A stretch of DNA of 26,248 nucleotides from Candidatus Acetothermia bacterium. GTDB taxonomy: Bacteria; Bipolaricaulota; Bipolaricaulia; M55B111. Below the pieces are notes generated by a model. The model saw only the letters and a program-made list of their open reading frames with translations, made no database searches and was not told the DNA's origin. Shown here piece by piece: positions 8,577 through 17,447 of this stretch (position 1 is the first letter of the stretch; each line of letters starts with the position of its first letter). Location of the stretch: NCBI GenBank assembly GCA_046543235.1, contig JBKGZT010000015.1:1-26248 (forward strand), given 5' to 3'. The position numbers were made by a program, and so were the translations under genes.

Positions 8577-8913
8577 AAAGCTATTCCTGATTAGCTTAAG
8601 CCCCCTTTTCCGTTTATTACACTGTGCGGTTCAGGTAACGAAAACCGGGTTATCGTCGACTTTATTGAGTATATAGTTTTATAAAATTTGCTTTTTATCA
8701 TTGGAACTGAAAATTGTAATTATGAAAACTCCCCGAATTCAGTACGGCCCATACGAGCCGGAGTTCTTGACTTGTAAGTTTACCCGGTTTCCAAATTACG
8801 TCATAGACACGTGAAGTCCGGAGAGCGACCCTTTGATCCTGACCGACTTGCTTGATCTTTCCTTCGATTTCCGCTACACGTTTATTACCGTTTATGTCTT
8901 TTAGAGGGGAGTT

Positions 8914-10086
8914 ATGAAAATAGGTTTTGTCAGCGGGGCCTACCTGCCCGCACCCGGAGGGGTAACTACTTCGGTTGTCAATTTCTCGGAACAACTGAGA
9001 GAGTTGGGGCACGAAGTGGTGGTATTCTGTCCGGAGTACCCCGACGAGGAGACCCTGGAAAAAGAGGGCGTGAGAAGGATCAAGTCCTATTACAGTCCAC
9101 TGCTAAAGGATTTTCGCCTGACCGATCCGCTGAGGGCTGCCAGGGCTTTTCGGAAAGAGTTTTCCGAGCTGGACGTGGTCCATATCCATCTCCCGACGAT
9201 AATGAGCACCCCGGCACGGTGGGTAGCGAACTACTTCGATATCCCAGTATTTCTTACCTATCATACCAACCTGGAGTTGTACATCAGACATTACGTGCCT
9301 GGCGTGCCGAGAAACGTTGCGCGGTCACTGGCCCGTTTTTATACTTCAAGAGAGACGAAAAGCGGCGAGAAGATATTCGTTCCTTCGCCCGATATGAAGG
9401 AGCTTCTGGGTACTTACGAGCTCGAACCACCGATAGAAGTGCTGCCAACCGGAATAGACCTGGGCCTCTACGATTCCGGGCGAGATAGTTCGCGGAGCCT
9501 GCGGGAGCAGTTTGGCATCGGGGAAGAAGAAAAGGTCCTGCTCTACGTTGGAAGGGTTGGTAGCGAGAAAAACGTGGGGTTCCTGCTGGACGCGTTCCAG
9601 AGGATTTCCCGGAGTTTTTCGCCCGTTCACTTCGTCATCGTGGGAGGGGGGAGAGGGCTGGGTAAGGTCCTTTCTAGTGTCAGCAAGATGCAGGCCTCCA
9701 GGGTTATACATTTTACGGGGTACGTCGAAGACGAGGAAGTGCTGGCGGGGTATTATCAGGAAGCCGACGTTTTCTTATTTGCTTCTCTAACCGAGACTCA
9801 GGGCCTGGTTATAGCGGAGGCTCTAGCCGCTGGTACTCCTGTAGTTGCGGTAGATGCACCGGGAGTAAGGGACGTGCTCGCTCGGGGAGAAGGGGGATAT
9901 CTTGTTCCCGAGGAATTGAACCATTTTAGCGACAAAGTACTCGAACTGCTGGGAGACCCTGAACTTCTCGCGAAGAAGAGTTCCGAGGCAAAACGTGCTG
10001 CCCGGAAGTATTCGGCGAGAAACATGGGGAAGAAACTACTTGATAGCTATTTACGGGTGGTAGAGGGGGAAGAAGTAAAAAAATAA
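8914..10086 (+). CDS. GT4 glycosyltransferase (1,2-diacylglycerol 3-glucosyltransferase-like)
   Basis: YLPAPGGVTTSV, HIHLP, TYHT, LPTGID, YVGRVGSEKN and FASLTETQGLVIAEALAAGTPVV (E-x7-E) motifs; GAGGGGGAG RBS. Confidence 0.88.
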   Translation: MKIGFVSGAYLPAPGGVTTSVVNFSEQLRELGHEVVVFCPEYPDEETLEKEGVRRIKSYYSPLLKDFRLTDPLRAARAFRKEFSELDVVHIHLPTIMSTPARWVANYFDIPVFLTYHTNLELYIRHYVPGVPRNVARSLARFYTSRETKSGEKIFVPSPDMKELLGTYELEPPIEVLPTGIDLGLYDSGRDSSRSLREQFGIGEEEKVLLYVGRVGSEKNVGFLLDAFQRISRSFSPVHFVIVGGGRGLGKVLSSVSKMQASRVIHFTGYVEDEEVLAGYYQEADVFLFASLTETQGLVIAEALAAGTPVVAVDAPGVRDVLARGEGGYLVPEELNHFSDKVLELLGDPELLAKKSSEAKRAARKYSARNMGKKLLDSYLRVVEGEEVKK

Positions 10087-10106
10087 AAAAAGGGGGCAAC
10101 GCCCCC
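10085..10106 (-). terminator. Intrinsic terminator, U-tract on the minus strand (may be bidirectional)
   Basis: GGGGGC-AAC-GCCCCC hairpin (10092-10106) with an A7 run at 10085-10091. Confidence 0.75.
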
Positions 10107-10132
10107 CTTACTGATTTTTTATCGAACTCTTT

Positions 10133-10261
10133 CTACGAGCAATTTTCCTTTTCGTTGGCAGCCTCTTTTCTCATCCTACGTGAAACGTCTTCCAGGTAGG
10201 TCTCCTGATAAATTCTCTTGATGTCGGAGTATTCTTTTGCTGCGTTATTGTTCCTTTTCAT
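10133..10261 (-). CDS. Unannotated 42-aa small protein MKRNNNAAKEYSDIKRIYQETYLEDVSRRMRKEAANEKENCS
   Basis: GGAGGTG RBS upstream of the ATG, an upstream promoter, and a correctly oriented terminator downstream. Confidence 0.7.
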   Translation of the reverse strand: MKRNNNAAKEYSDIKRIYQETYLEDVSRRMRKEAANEKENCS

Positions 10262-10349
10262 GGTAATTGACACCTCCAAGTGTAGTTGAACGCCTTTTTG
10301 CGTTTAAAGTCAAATATTTAACGATTAAAGACTTAATTAATTCAACGAG

Positions 10350-10377
10350 ATTATAAGAGCCCTTTAGGTAATTTCAA
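10350..10377 (-). promoter_or_regulatory. Sigma70-type promoter for the small ORF
   Basis: Minus strand TTGAAA (10377-10372), 16 bp spacer, TATAAT (10355-10350). Confidence 0.6.
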
Positions 10378-10640
10378 GGGGGGGTATATAAAAATAAGCT
10401 AAGTAAATATTTTCTTAAACTTTATAATATCTATGGACTATACTAAAGACAATCCTGATTATAATATTATAGGGGAAAATAAATATACGCGAGCCCGAAA
10501 AGGCTAGACTCCCGACCAAGAAAAATCAAGGCCGGGTTCTAGTCGGGCTAGTTCCGTTCGGTAAACCTAAAAATGAATCCTAAAAACGTGGAAGGATTGA
10601 GTCTGGGGGAAGATTGGGTAACTTAGGAGGCTTGTTGAGG

Positions 10641-11663
10641 CTACTTTCGATCCTCAAAGAAGTCCCGATATATCTCCAGGTATTCCTTGCCCACTTTTTC
10701 CAGACCGTGCCGTTCGGCTGTTTTCCTGGCTTCGGTGGTTAGCCGTTCTTTTAAATCTTCGTCCTCCATGATCCGTTTTATGTGGCTTATGAAGTCCTCC
10801 TCTCGATCGCCCTTGAGGCAGTTACGGTCGCCTTCGAGCCATCCCCTGTAGGCCGGAAGGTCCCTGGTTACTATCGGTAAACCGTGTGCTGCGGCCTCCA
10901 GGAGGACTATCCCTTCGTTTTCCTCCCTTGAGGGAAAGAAGAACAGGTCCCCGGATGAAAACGCCGCGCCTATATCTTCCACGTAGCCGGTAAATTGGAC
11001 GTTTTCCGGCGAATTCTTTATGGCCCGGTCCATCTCCCTGTCGAACATAAAGAGCCTGTTCATCCGGTGACCGTACCAAATGAACTGGTACTCGGGAAGC
11101 TCTCTGGCCACGTTTACGAAGGTGGTTATGTCCTTTCTCGGGATTACCTGACCCACTACAACCACGGTCGGCCGATCCAGGTCGTATCTTTCCCTGTATT
11201 TTTTTCGGCCCTCTTCGGAGTATTCCACTTTGGATAGGTCCACCCCGTTACTGACTACCTTGGTTTTTTGCTTATCGACGCCGAATTCGGCTATCATGTC
11301 TTTCGTGTAATCGGAGGGTGCGATGATCCTGTCGCCGGTGTCATAGAGGGTCGAAAGCCATTTTATGAAAGGTTTTTCGAAGTACTCAGAAAGTGTGAAA
11401 CCGCCCTCTATGTCCTCGCCGGAGTGGGCGAACACCAAGCCCATTTTCCCTCGCCTCTGGGCCTGTTTTAACCTGAGAAACGAAATTGGCCCCGGCCAGT
11501 TGATATGAATGACGTCGTAGGGCTCCTGTGGCTTTTCCTTTACTTCAACTCCGTTCTTTCGCAGCGCTTTTCGTTGTTGCTTTACGGCAGCAGTTATTCC
11601 ATGCACTCCGTACATCGTCGGGTCCTCATATACACAAACGGTTTTCATGTGATTGTTCTCCAT
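10641..11663 (-). CDS. GT4 glycosyltransferase (CpoA-like second-sugar glycolipid synthase)
   Basis: DVIHIN, AHS.ED..G.F, APSDYTK, VSNGVD, GQVIPRK and FFPSREENEGIVLLEAAA motifs. Start may be 11648. Confidence 0.85.
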   Translation of the reverse strand: MENNHMKTVCVYEDPTMYGVHGITAAVKQQRKALRKNGVEVKEKPQEPYDVIHINWPGPISFLRLKQAQRRGKMGLVFAHSGEDIEGGFTLSEYFEKPFIKWLSTLYDTGDRIIAPSDYTKDMIAEFGVDKQKTKVVSNGVDLSKVEYSEEGRKKYRERYDLDRPTVVVVGQVIPRKDITTFVNVARELPEYQFIWYGHRMNRLFMFDREMDRAIKNSPENVQFTGYVEDIGAAFSSGDLFFFPSREENEGIVLLEAAAHGLPIVTRDLPAYRGWLEGDRNCLKGDREEDFISHIKRIMEDEDLKERLTTEARKTAERHGLEKVGKEYLEIYRDFFEDRK

Positions 11664-11734
11664 CAGAGATTGAAATCAAGAATACTATGGTTATGACTAA
11701 AAGATTATCGAGCAGAAGAGAAAATCGCAACCAC

Positions 11735-11752
11735 TTGTGATTTACCTCACCA
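11735..11752. promoter_or_regulatory. Imperfect palindrome resembling a CRP/FNR-family or Rex operator
   Basis: TTGTGA-TTTACC-TCACCA between the divergent GT4 and acyltransferase genes. Confidence 0.35.
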
Positions 11753-11812
11753 TATATGAAGATTAAAATACTGACGACAATGGATTAAAGACAAAAGTAG
11801 GTATAGCGCCTT

Positions 11813-13084
11813 ATGAGCTGGTTCGTATACAACTTGATTGGCCTTACTTTGAGACTGGGGATAAAGCCTTTCTTTGATTTACAGGTTGACGGGCTGGAAA
11901 ATTACTCCGAAACTCCCTCTTCGCTCATCGTGGCCAATCACAAGCGCGATTTGGATTCCGTCTTGATTGCTTCCGTCTTTTTCTATCACGAAGGGTACTT
12001 GAGACCAGCAACTCCCGTTTCCTTCATGGGTGACGAGAACCTGTTTCAGCCCGGTTTTCTGGCTGACTGGATAAAAGGGCCGACGCTATTAAAGAAAGCC
12101 CTGCAGCCCGTATCGCTGAACGGGATCTTACAGAGATTAAACGCATACCCGATCGGCAAGCTGGATTTCCATTCGGTGCCGGTTCACGAAGCTCTCAGGA
12201 TAATCCAGGATGAGGACGACGACCCCCGATTGAGCGAAGTAATCGAGGAGGAACCGCTAAAGGAGATGCTGGAAGATACCTCGTTCGGCAGTCCGGAAAT
12301 GAGGATTTCGGAATTTTTCGAAAAGGAAGGTTATCCTCGAAAAAAGGTTAAATCCGGCTATTTTGAGCCCGAATACAGGCAGGCGGTCAAGAAGACCAAA
12401 TTGAGGGCGGTTAAAAAACAGCTAGACAAGTTCATTGAACTGTTAAACGAGGGGGCAATACTCTATATTACTCCGGAAGGGAGGCTCTCCCGGAATGGGG
12501 CTCTGGGTAAGCTTAAGGATAGTTTGTTGATTTTGGTCGACGAAGTGGAGGCAGGCGTCGTGGTGGTACCGACGAACATCACCTACGACTTTACCAGGAA
12601 GGGTAGGACAAAGATATTCGTCCAGGTTGGAGAGGAGCGACGGGGACTTGAGGAACTGGACAGGGAGGAGAAGAGCAGAACCCTGAGGAAAAACATCCTG
12701 AGTTTAACCACGATCAACCTGGGACAGCTCGCCAGTTACAAACTTGTGAAAGCCAAAGAGTCGGGCAGGGAGAAGATAAGCGAGGAGGAAGTCCATCGGG
12801 AATCCAGGAATTATCTGGAAAAATTTCAGGAGGCAGGCTTTAACCTGGATGACGACCTTTCCGACCGGAAAGGTTTCGAGGCCCGTTGGAGATCCTTCCT
12901 GGGTTACTGCGAGCGGCGAGGAGTGCTGGAACCCGAAGAGAGCGGTAGGGGAGATATACTGATCCTTGATCCCGATCTCGGTTACCGGAAGAACACGGCA
13001 CCGCGGGGCTACCTGCGGGATCCGATAAAATATTCTGCAAACGAGATAAGGGCCCTGGAGAAGGTCGGCCTGATAGAGCTATGA
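11813..13084 (+). CDS. Glycerolipid acyltransferase (PlsC/GPAT superfamily), long form
   Basis: ANHKRDLD (HxxxxD), ITPEGRLS and VVPTNITYD motifs, with an internal insertion and a C-terminal extension. Confidence 0.82.
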   Translation: MSWFVYNLIGLTLRLGIKPFFDLQVDGLENYSETPSSLIVANHKRDLDSVLIASVFFYHEGYLRPATPVSFMGDENLFQPGFLADWIKGPTLLKKALQPVSLNGILQRLNAYPIGKLDFHSVPVHEALRIIQDEDDDPRLSEVIEEEPLKEMLEDTSFGSPEMRISEFFEKEGYPRKKVKSGYFEPEYRQAVKKTKLRAVKKQLDKFIELLNEGAILYITPEGRLSRNGALGKLKDSLLILVDEVEAGVVVVPTNITYDFTRKGRTKIFVQVGEERRGLEELDREEKSRTLRKNILSLTTINLGQLASYKLVKAKESGREKISEEEVHRESRNYLEKFQEAGFNLDDDLSDRKGFEARWRSFLGYCERRGVLEPEESGRGDILILDPDLGYRKNTAPRGYLRDPIKYSANEIRALEKVGLIEL

Positions 13085-13953
13085 GGGAGTTTAGCTGCCG
13101 CGATCTCTACGATCGCAACCGGCTCACTTCTTTTCTCGGGGAGTTCGGGATCAGGCCAAATAAGAACCTCGGTCAGCATTTTCTGACGGACGAAAGAGTA
13201 TTAAGGAGGATTGCCCAGGCCTCCGGAGCCGGCCGTCTTGCCATCGAGGTCGGAGCGGGGGTAGGTTCGCTGACCTGTTTTCTAAAAAGGAAATTCGAAA
13301 AGGTATACGCGGTGGAGCTGGAAGAAGAGTTCAAGGAGCCCTTCGAAGCGATTAACCCCGAAGAAAATGTTGAGTTCCGTCCGGGAAACATTCTTGACCT
13401 GAATTTTTCCGGTTTAGCGGATCGAAGGCTAAGGGAGGAGAACGGAATCGTCGGCAACATTCCGTATAACATAACTGGAAAGATCCTCCAAAGAGCCCTT
13501 GCTTACCGTGAGTACTTTTCTAGGGCCGTCTTTACTCTTCAGAAGGAAGTTGCGGATAGGGTTCTGGCCGAGCCCGGCAACAGAGGTTGCGGTCGACTCT
13601 CCTACCAGGTGCGCGCTTACGGGGAGGTCGATCATCTGCTGGACGTGCCGCCGGAGAAGTTCTACCCTCCCCCTGACGTCGAGTCGGCGGTTATCGTGAT
13701 CGATCTGCAGGAGGAGGGGGAGTTCGACGTCCACGAGGAGCTGTTATCCTCTCTGTTGCGAGGTGTATTTATCCACCGAAGGAAGACGATAAGAAACGCG
13801 CTGATCAACTCCCCGGAGTTTTCCCTCGACCGTGAAGGGGTCGATTCCCTGCTCGGCCAGGCGGTTGTGGAACCCGGGTGGAGGCCGGCGGAACTTTCTC
13901 TGGAGGATTACGGCCGTCTGGCAAAATCCCTGGAGGAGAGCCGGGGTTATTAG
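13081..13953 (+). CDS. rsmA: 16S rRNA adenine dimethyltransferase
   Basis: LGQHFL, EVGAGVGSLT, GNIPYNIT, QKEVADR, FYPPPDVESAV and RRKTIRNAL motifs. Confidence 0.95.
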   Translation: MREFSCRDLYDRNRLTSFLGEFGIRPNKNLGQHFLTDERVLRRIAQASGAGRLAIEVGAGVGSLTCFLKRKFEKVYAVELEEEFKEPFEAINPEENVEFRPGNILDLNFSGLADRRLREENGIVGNIPYNITGKILQRALAYREYFSRAVFTLQKEVADRVLAEPGNRGCGRLSYQVRAYGEVDHLLDVPPEKFYPPPDVESAVIVIDLQEEGEFDVHEELLSSLLRGVFIHRRKTIRNALINSPEFSLDREGVDSLLGQAVVEPGWRPAELSLEDYGRLAKSLEESRGY

Positions 13954-14029
13954 CTTCAAGCCAGTTGCAATCCTCGTATCGGTTTTTTATCATTGTTCAG
14001 AATCCATTGGGAAAGTGGAGGTAACATAG

Positions 14030-14452
14030 ATGGCACAACCAAAAGTCGTTGATGGAAGAGCACATTGCGTCGGTAAAAGAAAAGAGTCACGGGCCCGAGT
14101 TTACCTGGATAGGGGCGACGGAGAGATAACGGTCAACGGTAAAACGGCAAAGGATTACTTTGGCGCTCTCCCATTCACCGAAGATACAATTGACCTCATC
14201 GCGAGAAAACCCTTCTCAGTTACGGGAACCGAAAACAATTTTGACGTAGAGGTTAACGTGGAAGGAGGGGGCTACAAAGCTCAGCTGGAAGCTATCCAGC
14301 ACGGGATAGCCAGAGCGATGGTTGCACTGGGCGAGGAATACAAGAAGGGCCTCAAGCAAGAAGATTTACTCACCAGAGACCCGAGAATGGTCGAAAGAAA
14401 AAAGGTTGGAAAGCACAAAGCGAGGAGAGGGCAGCAGTTCTCCAAACGTTAA
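14030..14452 (+). CDS. rpsI: 30S ribosomal protein S9
   Basis: GKRKESRARV, GGG..AQ..AI.HGIARA and LTRDPRMVERKK.G..KARR..QFSKR motifs; GGAGG RBS. Confidence 0.97.
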   Translation: MAQPKVVDGRAHCVGKRKESRARVYLDRGDGEITVNGKTAKDYFGALPFTEDTIDLIARKPFSVTGTENNFDVEVNVEGGGYKAQLEAIQHGIARAMVALGEEYKKGLKQEDLLTRDPRMVERKKVGKHKARRGQQFSKR

Positions 14453-14518
14453 AGGTCGACCTTTTCTCTCCCGGTTTGCGGGGTTATCATATTTTTTAAC
14501 ATCCTGGAGTGAAGTAGA

Positions 14519-14791
14519 ATGAAAGAAGGAATCCATCCCGAGCTGAAGAAGATAACGGTCAAATGCGCCTGTGGAAATACCTTTGAGACTCTTTCGACGA
14601 AGGAAGACCTGCACGTCGACGTATGTTCGGATTGCCACCCTTTCTTCTCGGAAGGTGACCGGTTTCTGGACTCGGAAGGTAGAATTAGTAAGTTCGAGAA
14701 GAAATACGGTATCGAGTCCGAAGAAGAACCGGAGTCCTCGGAAGGCGTCGAATCTGAGGCCGCCGAAGAGGAAGAAACCGATTCCGAGTGA
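14519..14791 (+). CDS. rpmE: 50S ribosomal protein L31 (Zn-ligand type) with acidic tail
   Basis: MKEGIHP, CACGNTF, DVCSDCHPFF and GRISKFEKKYG motifs. Confidence 0.97.
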   Translation: MKEGIHPELKKITVKCACGNTFETLSTKEDLHVDVCSDCHPFFSEGDRFLDSEGRISKFEKKYGIESEEEPESSEGVESEAAEEEETDSE

Positions 14792-14831
14792 AGTACCGTG
14801 TTTTTACCTTAGCTAAATCCCGGGAATTCCA

Positions 14832-15716
14832 ATGTCAGTTGGCGGACAGGCGGTAATCGAGGGCGTCTTGATGAGGAACGGGGATAACATCTCCGTCGCG
14901 GTCAGACGTTCTTCTGACGGCGAGATAGTCGTTGAAGACTTGGAACCAAGGGACAAGTTTAAAGGCCTTAGCAAAATCCCCTTCGTCAGGGGAATTTTTA
15001 ACCTTTATGACATGATGAGTACCGGGATAAGGGCTTTGAACCTTTCGGCGGAAATAGCTCTCGAGGAAGAAGACGAGGACTTCGGGACGTCCGAAACTAT
15101 TTTGACGACAGGAATAGCCTTTCTGGTAGCTATCGGCGTCTTTGTGGTTCTTCCCGTATGGGCCACAAATAACCTCTGGGGGCTTTCCGAGGGTAATGCC
15201 TTTCTATTCAACCTGGTCGAAGGGTTGATCAGGATAGGATTCTTCCTGCTTTACCTGGCAGGTATAACGTTCTTCGAGGATATCAGGCGCGTTTTCCAGT
15301 ATCACGGGGCAGAGCATAAGTCCGTTTACGCTTACGAGAACGATCGGGATCTGGTCGTGGACGAGGCCAGGGAATACAGCACGTTGCACCCTAGATGTGG
15401 TACTGCTTTTTTGATGATAGTTCTGGTAGTGGCGATTTTGACTTTTTCCCTCGTTGGCAATCCACCGCTCCTGCTTAAAATTATCTCCCGTCTCCTGTTG
15501 TTACCGGTCGTAGCCGGTGTTTCTTACGAGATACTCAAGTTTTCCGGCAGACACGCGGATAACCCATTTTTGAGACCATTCCTTTTGCCCGGGTTGGCGC
15601 TTCAGAAGATCACCACCAGGGAGCCTTCGGATGAACAGCTGGAGGTAGCACTCGAGGCGATAAAGCGCGTGGTGGGTTCGGACGGAAGTAACGAGTCAAT
15701 CGATACTGAGCAGTAA
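14832..15716 (+). CDS. DUF1385 family membrane protein
   Basis: GGQAVIEGV, PFVRG, RVFQYHGAEHK, HPRCGT and LQKITTREP motifs; usual position after rpmE. Confidence 0.9.
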   Translation: MSVGGQAVIEGVLMRNGDNISVAVRRSSDGEIVVEDLEPRDKFKGLSKIPFVRGIFNLYDMMSTGIRALNLSAEIALEEEDEDFGTSETILTTGIAFLVAIGVFVVLPVWATNNLWGLSEGNAFLFNLVEGLIRIGFFLLYLAGITFFEDIRRVFQYHGAEHKSVYAYENDRDLVVDEAREYSTLHPRCGTAFLMIVLVVAILTFSLVGNPPLLLKIISRLLLLPVVAGVSYEILKFSGRHADNPFLRPFLLPGLALQKITTREPSDEQLEVALEAIKRVVGSDGSNESIDTEQ

Positions 15717-16484
15717 CTCGTCGTCCTCGATATCCCTTTCGGAAAAGCTCTGAAGTAGGTCATCTATTGTGAGCGACTGCTTTTTATCCCCGTTTACGTC
15801 GTAAACTATCCTTCCCCGGTGGAGCATAGTCAATCTATTTCCCAGTTTTAATGCTTGCTTCATGTCGTGGGTAACCATGATCGTAGTCAATCCCTTTTCG
15901 CGGACCAACTTCTTCGTTATATCTATTATCTTATCGGCGTTTTTGGGATCCAGTGATGCCGTGTGTTCATCCAGCAGCAGGAGATTTGGGGTAGTAAAAG
16001 TAGCCATCAGTACGGCCAGCCCCTGGCGCTGACCACCGGACAGGTGCCTGATTCTTTCCCCCAACCGTTCCTCAAGCCCCAGACCGAGCTTACTCAGTTC
16101 TTCCCGGAACCGTTCCTTTCTATCGGATGTAACGCCCTTGCGCAGCCCCCTGCCTGATTTTTTTATAGCCAGGCTAAGGTTCTGGGCGACAGTCATTCCC
16201 GGAGCCGTCCCCTTTCCCGGTTCCTGAAATACCCTGCCGATGTAGGCTGCCCTCTGGTGTTCCGAATATCCAGTTACGTCAACTCCCTCAAGGAGAACCT
16301 TGCCGGTCGTCGGCGATATACTCCCCGCGATTAAATTCAAGAAAGTGGTTTTTCCGGCTCCGTTGCTGCCAATGACGGAGGCGAAGTTCCCATCGTCGAG
16401 TGAAAAATCAATTTTTTCTAGTGCTACAACTTCGTTATTTGTTCCCTCAAGGAATTTTTTACTCAGGTCAATTACTTCTAACAT
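15696..16484 (-). CDS. ABC transporter ATP-binding subunit (aromatic amino acid type)
   Basis: GSNGAGKT, LSGGQRQ, LLLLDEHTASLDP and MVTH motifs. Confidence 0.92.
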   Translation of the reverse strand: MLEVIDLSKKFLEGTNNEVVALEKIDFSLDDGNFASVIGSNGAGKTTFLNLIAGSISPTTGKVLLEGVDVTGYSEHQRAAYIGRVFQEPGKGTAPGMTVAQNLSLAIKKSGRGLRKGVTSDRKERFREELSKLGLGLEERLGERIRHLSGGQRQGLAVLMATFTTPNLLLLDEHTASLDPKNADKIIDITKKLVREKGLTTIMVTHDMKQALKLGNRLTMLHRGRIVYDVNGDKKQSLTIDDLLQSFSERDIEDDELLLSID

Positions 16485-16512
16485 TTTCCCTCCTGTTTTC
16501 TTAAACTTCCTC

Positions 16513-17403
16513 TCAGAAATGCAAATTTATCTTTTCTCTAACCTGGGGGAAGGCCAGAGCCAAAATCACTATCATGGAGGTTATTAGCTTCATGTCGCTG
16601 GACCGGAATCCTAGGTTGTGGCCGTATCTCAGAGCGACCATTATCGTCGTTCTGTAAATTAACGAACCGGTAATTACCGCGGTAGTCATCCAGCGAAAGC
16701 TCTTAATTGGTAAAAGGGTTTCACCGATTATTACGGACGCCAGTCCGGCGATTATCGTTCCGATCCCCATTCCTACGTCGGCAAATCCGGAGTACTGTGC
16801 AACCAGCCCCCCGGAGAGTGCGACGAGGCCGTTGGAAATTGCCAGCCCGAGTACCTTCATGAGATCCGTATTGACACCCTGAGCTTTAATCATTTGCTCG
16901 TTGTCCCCTGTAGCTCTCAGGGCAAGCCCGATCTCGGTGTTGAAGAATGAGTCGAGTAGAAGCTTGATTATTAGAACGAGTACCACGAAGAATACCAGAG
17001 TTGAATAATCCCCTAGCCCCAGTGGAGTTAGGATGTGACTGACTTCATCAATTAATGTTTCTTCCCCAAGCAGCGGCATGTTTGGGCGACCCATTATGCG
17101 CAGGTTCACGGAATAAAGCAGGGTCATTGTCAGAATGCCTGCCAGAAGGTTCAATATTTTCAATTTGGTGCTAAGCAAACCCGTAAAAACCCCGGCGCTT
17201 ATCCCCCCGATTATTCCTAACAGGATAGCGAGGAACGGATTCCAGCCAAAAACCAATAGAGAAGCGGTAATCCCAGCTCCCATGGGGAAGCTTCCGTCAA
17301 CAGTTAGATCCGGAAAGTCCAGAACTCTGAAAGTAATCAGTACTCCAAGTGACATTATTCCGTATACGAGACCCTGTTCCAATGAGTTAATCAGTAAAGA
17401 CAT
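16513..17403 (-). CDS. ABC transporter permease (aromatic amino acid type)
   Basis: FRVLDFPDLTVDGSF, LLAGIL, YSVNLRIMG, GLALRATGDN and GLASVIIGE motifs; multiple hydrophobic segments. Confidence 0.9.
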   Translation of the reverse strand: MSLLINSLEQGLVYGIMSLGVLITFRVLDFPDLTVDGSFPMGAGITASLLVFGWNPFLAILLGIIGGISAGVFTGLLSTKLKILNLLAGILTMTLLYSVNLRIMGRPNMPLLGEETLIDEVSHILTPLGLGDYSTLVFFVVLVLIIKLLLDSFFNTEIGLALRATGDNEQMIKAQGVNTDLMKVLGLAISNGLVALSGGLVAQYSGFADVGMGIGTIIAGLASVIIGETLLPIKSFRWMTTAVITGSLIYRTTIMVALRYGHNLGFRSSDMKLITSMIVILALAFPQVREKINLHF

Positions 17404-17447
17404 TTTTCGGGATCACCGCTTCTTAATTCTAAAAGAGTTATTTGAAT

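Noticed and set aside
8698-9012. 104-aa minus ORF and a weak pairing between about 8729-8742 and 8812-8826
   Set aside because: The ORF overlaps the GT4 start and has no recognisable features. The pairing has several mismatches and no supporting inner helices that I could confirm.
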